64,000 bases of DNA. It comes from Thermoplasmata archaeon. GTDB lineage: Archaea; Thermoplasmatota; Thermoplasmata; Lutacidiplasmatales; UBA184. The DNA is taken from positions 2,309 to 66,308 of the forward strand of contig JASHPK010000010.1 in assembly GCA_030038095.1 (NCBI GenBank), in the 5' to 3' direction. The position numbers were made by a program, and so were the translations under genes. Shown one piece after another: positions 8,680 to 18,113 of this stretch (position 1 is the first letter of the stretch; each line of letters begins with the position of its first letter). The notes below the pieces were generated by a model, which saw only the letters and a list, made by a program, of their open reading frames with translations, was not told where the DNA came from and searched no databases.

Positions 8680-9621
8680 TCAGCGGCGGATCCGCTCGAG
8701 CGCGGCGCCGACCATGAGCGGGAGAAGGAGCGTCACGTCGCCCTCGACCGTGAGGTGGCGCGCGCGGGCCTTCACCTTCCCCCAGGAGATCGCCTCGCGG
8801 GTGCGGGCGCCCGAGAGGCTCCCATCCCACTCGACGGCGGTCGTGAGGTAGAGCGCGGCGTCGAGCCCGCCGCGGAACTGGTTCCACCAGATCGTGTGGT
8901 GCTTCGAGATCCCGCCGCCGAGCATGATCGCGCCGGCGCGCTTCGCCTCGAAGACGAGGTCGCTGATCGCCTGCTCGTCCCCGAAGAGGTCGAAGGAGAG
9001 GCCCTTGTGGTCCTGCCAGAAGAGCCAGACCTGCGAGCCGACCGCCCCGTCCGTGATCCCGGGCACGAAGACCGGGACGTGGCGGTCGAACGCCGCGCGC
9101 AGGATGCTCGAGCGATCGCGGGCCGGGATCGCCTCCCCGATCGCCGCGGCGAGGGCGCGGGTCGTGAGCGACCGGATGCCCCCGGCCCAGAGCCGCTCGA
9201 GGATCGGGCGCATCTGGCGCTCGAGGATCGTCCCGTAGTTCGCCTCGGGGATCACGAGGTTCCCGAGCCGGTAGAGGTGCCGCCGGTGGAGCGCGGCGTC
9301 GTCAAGGTTCCACTCCCCGTGGTAGTACGGGCGGAAGGCGCGCGCGAGATCGTGGTCGAGGGTGCCGCAGGTGGTCAGCACGGCGTCCACGTATCCCTCC
9401 CGGACGAGGGTCGCGAGGACGCCCCGGGTGCCCGTCGCCACGATGTCCGCGGGGAACGAGAGGAAGACCGTCATCTCGGGATCGGCGAGGATCCCGGCCA
9501 GGAGATCGACGCCCTCCGCGACCCCCTTCGCGCTGAAGCCGCCGCCGGCCTCGAGCCGGCGGACGAGCGTGTCGAGACTCGGCGCGTCGTCCACGCGGAC
9601 GTCCTCGACCCGGCGCCTCAC
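8680..9621 (-). CDS. dys: Deoxyhypusine synthase
   Basis: Strong match to the conserved DHS core (MLGGGISKHH...WDGSLSGARTREAISWGKV). Confidence 0.9.
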   Translation of the reverse strand: MRRRVEDVRVDDAPSLDTLVRRLEAGGGFSAKGVAEGVDLLAGILADPEMTVFLSFPADIVATGTRGVLATLVREGYVDAVLTTCGTLDHDLARAFRPYYHGEWNLDDAALHRRHLYRLGNLVIPEANYGTILERQMRPILERLWAGGIRSLTTRALAAAIGEAIPARDRSSILRAAFDRHVPVFVPGITDGAVGSQVWLFWQDHKGLSFDLFGDEQAISDLVFEAKRAGAIMLGGGISKHHTIWWNQFRGGLDAALYLTTAVEWDGSLSGARTREAISWGKVKARARHLTVEGDVTLLLPLMVGAALERIRR

Positions 9622-9642
9622 GGCGGGGCGAGGCGCGGGAGG

Positions 9643-10621
9643 TTAAAGCCCTCCCGTGAGCCCGAGGCCGAAGGAGTGGTAGACGAGCACGTAGGCGAGG
9701 GCGTAGCCGAGGAGGGCGCCGCCGTTCAGGAACGGGAGGCCCGCCTGCGGGTTCCCCCGCATCACGAGCCGCATCAGGACCGCGTAGCCAACGAGCGATC
9801 CGAGGAGGGCGGCGACCGCGCAGAGGAGGTTCCCCCCGAGGCCGGCGATCGCCGGGTGGTCGGGGAGCCAGACGAACGCCGAGGCCACGAGCACGCCCGG
9901 GATCACGACGTCCCCGAGCCCCATGAACATCGCCGCGCGCTCCTCGGTCGGCTGGGCCCGCTGCTGGACGAGCGTGGGCGCGGTCGTGTAGTCGTAGCCG
10001 GCCGAGTCCGGCATCACCATCAGGATCGGGAGCTTCATGTCGGTCACCACGTCCGCGAGGCTGACCATGTGCTTCGTGCGGTAGACGGCGATCGCGTCGT
10101 AGATCATCAGCGCGATCAGGAGGATGAACACCGGGAGGATCGCGAACGAGATCCCGAGGATCGCGATGAGGGCGCCGGCCGCGAGGAACCCGACCAGATC
10201 GACGACGTACCACTGGGGTTCCATCTGGAGGGCGAGGTAGAGGACCGCGCTGACGCACCCGGCCAGGATCAGCGCCGGGTCGACCACGATCTCGACCGCG
10301 TACGGCGGGAGGAGCAGGTACCCCGGCGGGAAGAGGGAGAACGTCGCGTAGAGGGTGATGAAGAGCGCCGCCGCGATGCCGAGGAGGATCAGCTGGCGGA
10401 GCGCGACGAGGCCCCCCCGGCGTCGAGCGACGAAGAGGATGCCGAGCGGCGCGATCACGATGAGCGCGATGATCGCGAGCGGAGCGGTGGGACTCTCGGG
10501 GTTCGACGTCGAGGAGAGCCCGGCGGCCCGGAACGGGTCGGCGAGGACGAGACCGACCGTCTGGGCCCCCACGTAGAGCGCGAGGAGGCCGATCCAGCGG
10601 AGGCTCCGCATGGCGCCGGAG
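9643..10621 (-). CDS. Presenilin / signal-peptide-peptidase family intramembrane aspartyl protease (archaeal PSH-like)
   Basis: Polytopic membrane protein with YD (LMIYDAIAVY) and GxGD (MGLGDVVIPG) motifs and a PAL-like motif near the C-terminus. The true start is MRSLRW at 10621. The upstream 85 codons of the 407-aa ORF are Arg-rich and unlikely to be coding. Confidence 0.6.
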
Positions 10622-10622
10622 G

Positions 10623-11240
10623 CTACGGCTCTACGACGGCGTAGGCGTTGTTGCCGAGCACCTTGGTGATCTTGGCGTTCACGCTCGCGCCGCGCTGGGT
10701 CGCTCCCGTCACGAAGATGACGAACCCCTCCTTCTTCGCCACTCCGTCCCCGCGACGGCCGACGTCCTCGATCGTGAGGCGGTAGACCTCGCCGACCACG
10801 ACCGGGGCCTTCGGCTTCTCGGGGGTCACGACCCGGCGGACCGTGACGGGCCGCCGGGCGCCGCACGCCTCGCAGACGAGGAGCGTGAGGCGGCCGTCCT
10901 TCTGGAGGTGGGTGTCGGGGCGCTTACACTCCGAGCAGATCACGTACTTCGCGGTGTACTCCCGGATCCGCTGGGCGATCTGGTCCTTCGAGAGGCGGGA
11001 CTTGAGCACGCCGCGGGGCAGGTCGAGCACCCCGGGGCAGCCGAACTCCTTCGCGAGGTAGCCGATGACGTGCTCCGGCTCGCGGCGCAGGACCCCCGTG
11101 ATCTCCTGGAAGTTCCGGATCACCGTGTTCTTCCCGTCGGTCATCACGTCGGGATCGGGGACCTGGAACCGCTCGCCGCCCGTGCGCACCGGCGGGAGCT
11201 TCGCGCGGGCGCGCTCGAGCAGGGCTTCGTAGCTCTCCAT
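10623..11240 (-). CDS. eif2b: Translation initiation factor aIF2 beta subunit with C-terminal TRAM domain
   Basis: From MESYEALLERARAKLPP onward it is collinear with aIF2-beta, including the C4 zinc ribbon (CSECKRPDT...CEACG). The last ~60 aa (VVVGEVYRLTIEDVGRRGDGVAKKEGFVIFV...) form a TRAM-like beta-barrel. The 5' 177 codons of the 384-aa ORF are rejected as low-complexity Arg/Gly/Pro. Confidence 0.85.
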   Translation of the reverse strand: MESYEALLERARAKLPPVRTGGERFQVPDPDVMTDGKNTVIRNFQEITGVLRREPEHVIGYLAKEFGCPGVLDLPRGVLKSRLSKDQIAQRIREYTAKYVICSECKRPDTHLQKDGRLTLLVCEACGARRPVTVRRVVTPEKPKAPVVVGEVYRLTIEDVGRRGDGVAKKEGFVIFVTGATQRGASVNAKITKVLGNNAYAVVEP

Positions 11241-11284
11241 CGGGACGGAAGCGGACCGAGGGGCGGGGGATAAGGGTTCCCTCG

Positions 11285-11944
11285 CTACGACCCGCCGTCC
11301 GCGAATTCGAGCAGCGCGTCGAGGACCCGGCCCAGGTCGGGCTCGTCGACGACCCGGGACGCCGCCCGCCGCACCCCGTCGTCCGCGGGGCGGAAGGCCA
11401 CGCCGAAGCCGCTCCGGCGGAAGAGGCCGATGTCGATCTCGGAGTTCCCGACGCTCGCCGTCTCCGCCGGGACGAACCCGAGCTGCTCCTGGAGGGAGGC
11501 CAGGACCGCCTCCTTGCCGTGGATCGGCACGCGGACGATCCCCTCCCCGGTGAGGCGCCCATCGGCGGTGACCCGGAAGCCGTTCGCGAGGACCAGGTCG
11601 ATCTCGAGCTCGCGGGCGATGCGATGCGCGAGGAGATCGATCCCCCCGCTCACGATCGCCGTCCGGACCCCGCGGGCCCGCAGCCCCGCGAAGAGCCCGG
11701 GGGCCCCGGGCATCAGCGGCACGCCTCCGAGGATCGCCTCGAGGTCCTCGACCGTGAGGTCGGGCGCGTGCCGCCACCAGATGCGGATGTCCGAGCGGAT
11801 GAACTCGAGGTCGTCGATCCGGTTCTCGTTGAAGAGGCGCAACCCCTCCGCGTTGTGCTCGCCGAAGTGGTCGTGCACGCTGGCCCAGGAGCTGTCGACG
11901 TCGACGAGCGTCCCGTCCATGTCGAACGCCACGAACCTAAGCAC
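11285..11944 (-). CDS. HAD-superfamily hydrolase, phosphoserine-phosphatase-like
   Basis: FDMDGTL motif I and a C-terminal GNSEIDIG/GD motif. Confidence 0.6.
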   Translation of the reverse strand: MLRFVAFDMDGTLVDVDSSWASVHDHFGEHNAEGLRLFNENRIDDLEFIRSDIRIWWRHAPDLTVEDLEAILGGVPLMPGAPGLFAGLRARGVRTAIVSGGIDLLAHRIARELEIDLVLANGFRVTADGRLTGEGIVRVPIHGKEAVLASLQEQLGFVPAETASVGNSEIDIGLFRRSGFGVAFRPADDGVRRAASRVVDEPDLGRVLDALLEFADGGS

Positions 11945-12929
11945 GGTCGCCCCGGGCGATCGCGTCGGCCGCCGCGAGCACGCGGTCCGCCGGGCGCGCG
12001 GTCCAGGCAGAGAGGTTGGTGTCGATCTGCTCGGGCCGGCTCGCCCCGACGACCGGGGCCGCGCCCTGGCGGCGCAGCCAGTGCAGCGCGATCGAGGCGA
12101 GGGGCACGCCCGCCTCCCCGGCGAGGTCGCGGAGGGCCCGCGTGCGGGCGAGGATCACCGGGAGGCGGTCGGGCTCGAACAGCCGGTTCGTGAACCGCTG
12201 GACCTCGGCGGGCACCCGCTGGCCATCGAGGTAGCGTCCGTGGAGGAGCCCGCGGGCGAGCGGGGTGTACGCCTCGATGAGGATCGCGTGCGTGCGGCAG
12301 TAGTCCCGGACCGGGTCCGCCTCGTCCCGGTCGAACAGGTTGTACTGGAGCTGGTTGACGGTGATCCGCGCCTCGGTGAGGTGGCGGGCCGCCTCCTCGA
12401 GCGCCTCGAGCCCGAAGTTCGACACTCCGATCGCCCCGATCCTCCCCTCCTTCCAGAGCGCCTCGAGCGCGCCCATCGTCTCCGAGAGCGGGACGTGCGG
12501 GTCCGGGGCGTGGACGAGGTAGAGGTCGACGGACGGTCGCCCGAGGCGCTCGAGGCTGTTGATGAGGCTCGCCCGAACCTGCGCGGGCCGCAGGTGCTCC
12601 CACGAGACCTTCGTCGTGACGAACGCGTCGTCCCCGTGCGTCGCGGTCCGGTAGAGCATCTCGCCGAGGAGGCGTTCGCTGCGCCCGTTCCCGTAGACCT
12701 CGGCCGTGTCGAACCAGCGGAAGCCCCGCTCGTAGGCCCGCGCGGCGGTCGCCTTCGACCGGGCCTCGTTCTCGGCGGACCATCGCCCGAGATTCCACAG
12801 CCCGAGCCCGAGCTCCGGATGGGGCTTGTGCCCGGTCGGCAGCTCGATCGTCGCGATCTCGGGAGCGCGGGGGGCGGACGGCGCGAGGCGCCGGGACTTC
12901 GGGCTCGATCGCTTCGCGGAAGGGCTCAT
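11937..12929 (-). CDS. Aldo/keto reductase
   Basis: AKR signature LGLGLWNLG near the N-terminus, an FDTAEVYGNG motif and an IGVSNF motif. Confidence 0.8.
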   Translation of the reverse strand: MSPSAKRSSPKSRRLAPSAPRAPEIATIELPTGHKPHPELGLGLWNLGRWSAENEARSKATAARAYERGFRWFDTAEVYGNGRSERLLGEMLYRTATHGDDAFVTTKVSWEHLRPAQVRASLINSLERLGRPSVDLYLVHAPDPHVPLSETMGALEALWKEGRIGAIGVSNFGLEALEEAARHLTEARITVNQLQYNLFDRDEADPVRDYCRTHAILIEAYTPLARGLLHGRYLDGQRVPAEVQRFTNRLFEPDRLPVILARTRALRDLAGEAGVPLASIALHWLRRQGAAPVVGASRPEQIDTNLSAWTARPADRVLAAADAIARGDRA

Positions 12930-15484
12930 GCGGGCGACCCCGACGAGGCGCCCGCCTTCAAGTGTTCATCGATGCGTCGGACCCGCGCTTCCAGCTCGCG
13001 CAGCTTCTCCTCGGTCTCGCGCACCACCTCGGGAGGAGCGCGGGCCCGGAACCCGCCGTCCGACAGGCGATCCCGGGTGCGCGTCACGATCTCCGCGAGC
13101 TTCTCCCGTTCCCGCTCGAGCGCGTCGAGCCCGGCCGCCGTGGCGGCCGGCCGCTCGAGGAAGCACTCGCCGAAGGCGGCGACCCGCGTGCCCGTGCGCT
13201 CGGGCGCCGGGGCGTCGGCCGAAAGCCAGTCGAGCGGGGCGACCCGGGCGAGGCGCTCGATCGTGCGTCGTTCCCGCTCGAGGACGCGGGCGACCTCGGG
13301 GCCGGCCGGGCGGATCCAGGCGCGCACGGTCGCGCCCGGCTCCACCCGCTCCTCGGCGCGGAGGTTGCGGAGCCACCGGACCGCCTCGAGCAACGGCTCC
13401 ATCTCGACCTCGGCGAGGGGGTCTGCGGGAGCTTCGTCGGGCCGGGGCCACGCCGCGAGCGCGAGGAGGTCCCCGTCGTGCGGGAGCGCGTGCCACAACT
13501 CCTCGGTGACGTGCGGCACGAGCGGATGGAGGAGCCGCAACGTCCGGTCGAGGACGTAGAGCAGCGTCGCGCGAGCCTCGCGCAGCGCCCCGTCGCCGCG
13601 ATGGCCGAGGAGGGTCTCCTTCGCGATCTCCACGTACCGGTCGGCGAGGTCGTGCCAGACGAAGCCGTGGAGGGCGGTCGCGGCCCGGGTCGGTGCGAAG
13701 GCGGCGAGGGCGTCGTCGACCTCCTCCGCCGTCCGCCGGTACCGCGCGAGCAGCCAGCGGTTCTCGAGGGCCGTCGACGGGCCGAGCTCGGGGGGCCCCG
13801 GGGGCGGGGGAGTCCCCTCGGGCACGAACGGCAGGGCGAAGCGGACGACGTTCCACAGCTTCGTCAGGAAGTTCCGCGCGCCGTCGAGCGGGCCGGGGCC
13901 GAACGCTCCGTCCTCGTCCGTCGGGTTCGGGAAGACGAGGGCGAACCGCAGCGCATCGGCGCCCCGCTCCCGGGTCACGTCGAGCGGGTCGGGCGAGTTG
14001 CCGAGGTGCTTCGACATCCGGCGCCCGGCGGGGTCGCGGAGCATGCCCGTGAAGTAGACGTCCGAGAACGGCCGGGCGCCGGGGAACTGGTAGCCGGCCA
14101 TCATCATCCGGGCGACCCAGAAGAACATGATGTCCCGGCCGGTGACGAGCACGGTCGTCGGGAAGTAGTGGGCGAGGTCGGAGGTCGGCTCGGGCCAGCC
14201 GAGGGCCGCGAACGGCCAGAGCCACGAAGTGAACCACGTGTCGAGCACGTCGGGGTCCGGCACGAGGTCCCGCGCGCCGCAGTGAACGCAGGCGCTCGGC
14301 GGCTCGAGCTCCACCGAGTCCTTCCCGCACGCCCGACAGTGGGCGACCGGGATCGGGTGGCCCCAGAGGACCTGGCGGGAGATGCACCAGTCCTGGATCC
14401 CCTCCATCCAGCGGAAGAACGTCCGCTCCCATCGTTCGGGGTGGATCCGGATCTCGTGGCGGCGGACCGCGGCGATCACCGGCGCCGCGAGGGGCGCCAT
14501 CCGCACGAACCACTGGGTCGATAACCGGGGCTCGATCGGCACCTCGGAGCGTTCGGATCGGCCGACCGCGTGACGGAAGGGGACCTCGCGGACGATGAGG
14601 CCGGCCCGCCCGAGGTCCTCGGTGATCCGGGTCCGCGCCTCCTCCCGGTCGAGACCCACGTACTCGGGGGGCACCCAGCTGCTCTCGAGTCGTCCGCGCT
14701 CGTCGAGGATGTCCGGGGGCCGGGCGAGCTCGGGGTGGCGACCCCCGATCTCATGGTCGACGAGGTCGTGCCTCGGCGTCACCTTGAGCGCACCCGCGCC
14801 GAACGCCGGGTCGACCGCGGGGTCCGCGATGATCGGCACCCGGCGTCCGCTGAGCGGCACGATCACCTCGCGGCCCAGCTGGGCCGCGTACCGAGCGTCG
14901 TCCGGGTGGACGGCGATCGCGACATCGCCGAAGATCGTCTCGGGGCGGACGGTCGCGACCTCGATCCCGCCCGGGGAGCCGTCGGCCCAGCGATAGGAGA
15001 GATAGAGGAGGGTCGCGCTCTCCTCCGCGTAGACGACTTCGAGGTCGGAGATCGCGGTCCGGAGCTTCGGGTCCCAGTTGACCATCCGCTCCCCGCGGTA
15101 GATCAGCCCCTGCCGGTAGAGCTCGACGAACACCTGGCGGGTCGCCCGCTGGCTCGCCGGGTCCATCGTGTATCGGAAGCGGTTCCAGTCGACGGAGAAG
15201 CCCCCCGCCCGAGTCTGCCCCAGGATGCGGGTCGTGTGCTCCTCCACCCACCGTTCGATCTCGCGGAGCGCCGTCTCCCGCGGGAGGTCGTCGAACGCGA
15301 CGCCCTGCTTCGCGAGCCGGCGGCGCACCTCGACCTGGGTCGCGAGGCCCGCGTGGTCGAGGCCCGGGACCCAGACGGTCGCGAGCCCCCGCATCCGGGC
15401 GCGGCGCGCGAGGGCGTCCATGACCGTGTCGCCGAGCATGTGGCCGAGCGTGAGGACCCCGGTCACGTTGGGCGGGGGCAGCAC
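12926..15484 (-). CDS. valS: Valyl-tRNA synthetase; the annotated GTG start cuts off the conserved N-terminus and the true start is probably near 15630
   Basis: Class I HIGH region PPPNVTGVLTLGHML and a KMSKS-like MSKHLGN motif. About 45 in-frame codons upstream (RLSAPALPSRFDPGQVEARWQAEWTRLGAFAGPDRPKGPTFSV) still look like ValRS, but they contain no ATG/GTG/TTG. Confidence 0.9.
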   Translation of the reverse strand: MLPPPNVTGVLTLGHMLGDTVMDALARRARMRGLATVWVPGLDHAGLATQVEVRRRLAKQGVAFDDLPRETALREIERWVEEHTTRILGQTRAGGFSVDWNRFRYTMDPASQRATRQVFVELYRQGLIYRGERMVNWDPKLRTAISDLEVVYAEESATLLYLSYRWADGSPGGIEVATVRPETIFGDVAIAVHPDDARYAAQLGREVIVPLSGRRVPIIADPAVDPAFGAGALKVTPRHDLVDHEIGGRHPELARPPDILDERGRLESSWVPPEYVGLDREEARTRITEDLGRAGLIVREVPFRHAVGRSERSEVPIEPRLSTQWFVRMAPLAAPVIAAVRRHEIRIHPERWERTFFRWMEGIQDWCISRQVLWGHPIPVAHCRACGKDSVELEPPSACVHCGARDLVPDPDVLDTWFTSWLWPFAALGWPEPTSDLAHYFPTTVLVTGRDIMFFWVARMMMAGYQFPGARPFSDVYFTGMLRDPAGRRMSKHLGNSPDPLDVTRERGADALRFALVFPNPTDEDGAFGPGPLDGARNFLTKLWNVVRFALPFVPEGTPPPPGPPELGPSTALENRWLLARYRRTAEEVDDALAAFAPTRAATALHGFVWHDLADRYVEIAKETLLGHRGDGALREARATLLYVLDRTLRLLHPLVPHVTEELWHALPHDGDLLALAAWPRPDEAPADPLAEVEMEPLLEAVRWLRNLRAEERVEPGATVRAWIRPAGPEVARVLERERRTIERLARVAPLDWLSADAPAPERTGTRVAAFGECFLERPAATAAGLDALEREREKLAEIVTRTRDRLSDGGFRARAPPEVVRETEEKLRELEARVRRIDEHLKAGASSGSPA

Positions 15485-15606
15485 GACGGAGAACGTGGGA
15501 CCCTTCGGCCGGTCCGGCCCGGCAAACGCCCCGAGTCGGGTCCACTCGGCCTGCCACCGCGCCTCGACCTGGCCCGGGTCGAAGCGGGACGGCAGCGCGG
15601 GCGCGC

Positions 15607-17271
15607 TCAGACGTCCCCCCTCCCCAGCATCAACGGCGCGACGATCCCGAGCTCACCGAGCGCGACCGCCGCCATCGCGAGAAGGCCGAGCTCGAGACCC
15701 CCCGCGAGGGCGTAGTCGAACGCCACGAGCGGGAGACCGGCGACCACGAGGCCCGGGATCGCGACCAGGAACGAGATCCACGCCCCGGAGTACAGGTTCG
15801 TGATCGGGAGACCCTTCGACCGAGCGCGGCGGAAGAGGATCCCGAGCTCGAGCAGCGACGCGGCGACCACCGCGGGGAGCTCCGCCGCGATGAAGGCGAC
15901 GAACAGGACGGGATCGAAGATCCGGGTGAGGGTGATGCCGAGGACCGTCCCTCCGGCGACCAGGAAAAGCATCGCGACCAGGAGGACCTTGCCCGCGAGG
16001 AGCGACCGGTCGGGGAGCGGGAGGGTCCGGCCGTAGGCGTAGGCGAACACTTCGACCGCGAAGAAGGCGGGCCCAAAGAAGGTTGCGAGCAACGCAGCGG
16101 TCACGACGGCCGCGAGCGCGATCCCGAACGCCGCGGAGCCGCCCGGGGCCCGCGCGAAGGTGAGCAGTCCGATCGCCACGGCGTCCAGGACCGGCAGCAG
16201 CACGAGGAAGGCGAACCCGGGGGTCCGGCTTGCGACCCGGAGGTCCTTCGTCAGCACCGAGAGGACGGGACGCTGAGGCTTGAGGGCCACGCGCACCCCG
16301 GGGCCGGACGCCATTCCGCCGGCCGGTACGAGGCCGATCCGTCGCACCGAGCCGAAGACCCAGACGAGCGACCACGCGGCGAGCGCGAGGTAGCCGGCGG
16401 TCGCCGCGGCCAGCGTCTCCCATCCGACCGGATCGAGGCCGAGGCCCGACGGTCCGCTCGCGACGAGGGCCGGCAGCGCGGCCAGCGTGAACGGGAACGC
16501 GGCGAGCAGCAGGTGCGCGGCGGTCGAGGGTCCGGCTCCGGCGAGCACGGCCAGGGTGGTGAAGAACGACGGGGCGACGATGACGAAGGCAAACATCGCG
16601 AAGGCGGGGACGAGCCAGAGCACGAGGTAGACCCATCGAAGGAGGGTGCGGCCGCCGCCGCCCCGGCTGCCCTGGACGCGACGGACGAAGAAGCGGCCGG
16701 TGAGCAGCGAGAGCCCCAGCGAGAACGCGACCGCGGCGACCACGCCGGGGACGAGCGCGAGGCCGACCCACGGGCCGGCCGCGAGGCCGAGCACGATCGG
16801 CGTGACCACGAGGACGGTGAGCGCGGGGAGGTCGAACAGCCGCAGGTAGAGAAGACCGGCGGTCCGCTCGAGGGTCCGGTCGTCGATCGGGAGGGGCTCG
16901 AGGACCGGCAGGACGCCCGAGGAGAGAAAGGTGGGGAGGACCTGCATCCCCGTCCACCAGAGGAACGCCACGTCGAGGCTGAGCAGGGCGGTCACGACCC
17001 CGGCCTCGAACGCGGCAGGAGGGAGGGTCGCTCCGAAGAAGACGGCGCGCAGCCGCACCGCTCGGAGCGCAAGGGCGGCGGCGAGCGCGAGGAGGGCGAG
17101 CACGAAGCTCACGATCGCCTTGCTCTGCACGACCCGTCGTCGGGCCCGGGCCACGATCCGGGGCCCGGAACCCCCCGGGGCGACGTTCCCTTGGCGGAAC
17201 GCGTAGATCGCCTGGAGGGAGAGCTCGGCGAACGCCACGTCGCTGAGCCGGAGCGCCTCCCGCCAGCTCAT
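15607..17271 (-). CDS. ABC-transporter permease (ABC-2-type, polytopic) partnered with the downstream ATPase
   Basis: 554-aa protein with more than 12 hydrophobic segments. It overlaps the stop of the ABC ATPase by 4 nt. The alternative 567-aa ORF (15653..17356) is Arg-rich shadow. Confidence 0.7.
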   Translation of the reverse strand: MSWREALRLSDVAFAELSLQAIYAFRQGNVAPGGSGPRIVARARRRVVQSKAIVSFVLALLALAAALALRAVRLRAVFFGATLPPAAFEAGVVTALLSLDVAFLWWTGMQVLPTFLSSGVLPVLEPLPIDDRTLERTAGLLYLRLFDLPALTVLVVTPIVLGLAAGPWVGLALVPGVVAAVAFSLGLSLLTGRFFVRRVQGSRGGGGRTLLRWVYLVLWLVPAFAMFAFVIVAPSFFTTLAVLAGAGPSTAAHLLLAAFPFTLAALPALVASGPSGLGLDPVGWETLAAATAGYLALAAWSLVWVFGSVRRIGLVPAGGMASGPGVRVALKPQRPVLSVLTKDLRVASRTPGFAFLVLLPVLDAVAIGLLTFARAPGGSAAFGIALAAVVTAALLATFFGPAFFAVEVFAYAYGRTLPLPDRSLLAGKVLLVAMLFLVAGGTVLGITLTRIFDPVLFVAFIAAELPAVVAASLLELGILFRRARSKGLPITNLYSGAWISFLVAIPGLVVAGLPLVAFDYALAGGLELGLLAMAAVALGELGIVAPLMLGRGDV

Positions 17272-18071
17272 CGACGCCCCGTGAGCGCCTCGACCGCCGC
17301 GCGGACCCCCTCGCCCTCTTCCGTGAGCTGGAGGAAGAGGTCCTCGAGCGTCGCATCCCCCGACTTCACCTGCGCCCGGAGCGCCGGGAGCGAACCCTCC
17401 GCCCGCAGGAGGCCCCGGTCGAGGATCCCGACCCGGTGGCAGAGCTGCTCCGCGACCTCCATCGTGTGGGTCGAGAACAGGATTCCCCGGTGCCCGCGAG
17501 CCACGTAGCCCACGAGCAGCTCCTTCATGATGCGGACCGAGCGCGGGTCGAGGCTGTTGAGTGGCTCGTCCAGGACGAGCAGGGGGGGCTCATGCAGCAG
17601 CGCGGCGATGAGGAGGACCTTCTGGCGCGTGCCGTTCGAGAGGGTCAGGATCGGCGCCTCGAACTCCGCTTCGAGCCGGAACGCGGTGACGTAGCTCTGG
17701 CAGCGCTGGGAGGCGACAGCGGCATCGAGATGGCGGACGCTCGCGACGAACTCGAGGAACTCCCGCGGCGTGAGCGCGTCGTAGAGCAGGCTCGTCTCGG
17801 GCACATACCCGATCTTCCGCTTCGCGTCGAGCCCGTGCTCCGCGACGTCCTGGTCGAAGACCCGGATCCGGCCCTCGAGTGGCCGGACGAGGCCCACGAT
17901 CGACTTGATCGTGCTCGTCTTCCCGGCTCCGTTCGAGCCGAGCAGGCCGTAGATCTCGCCCGGTCGGACCGAGAGCGAGAGGCGGTCGACCGCCCGGTTC
18001 GGCCCGTAGGCGACGGTGAGCCCCTCGATGGTGAGAGGGGCGACTCGGGAGACCGGGGACTCGCCCGTCAT
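17268..18071 (-). CDS. ABC transporter ATP-binding protein
   Basis: Walker A GSNGAGKTS, ABC signature LSNGTRQK and Walker B LLVLDEP. Confidence 0.85.
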   Translation of the reverse strand: MTGESPVSRVAPLTIEGLTVAYGPNRAVDRLSLSVRPGEIYGLLGSNGAGKTSTIKSIVGLVRPLEGRIRVFDQDVAEHGLDAKRKIGYVPETSLLYDALTPREFLEFVASVRHLDAAVASQRCQSYVTAFRLEAEFEAPILTLSNGTRQKVLLIAALLHEPPLLVLDEPLNSLDPRSVRIMKELLVGYVARGHRGILFSTHTMEVAEQLCHRVGILDRGLLRAEGSLPALRAQVKSGDATLEDLFLQLTEEGEGVRAAVEALTGRR

Positions 18072-18113
18072 CGGCCTCCCATCGTCCGGCCGATAGTATA
18101 AGGCCGTTCTCGG

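Noticed and set aside
12962-14524. 515- and 520-aa ORFs on both strands inside valS
   Set aside because: They overlap a full-length ValRS. The products are Arg/Pro-rich polypeptides. Shadow ORFs.
15653-17356. 567-aa minus-strand ORF as an alternative to the ABC permease
   Set aside because: A different frame of the same region. It is extremely Arg-rich with no TM segments. The 554-aa frame gives a coherent polytopic permease.
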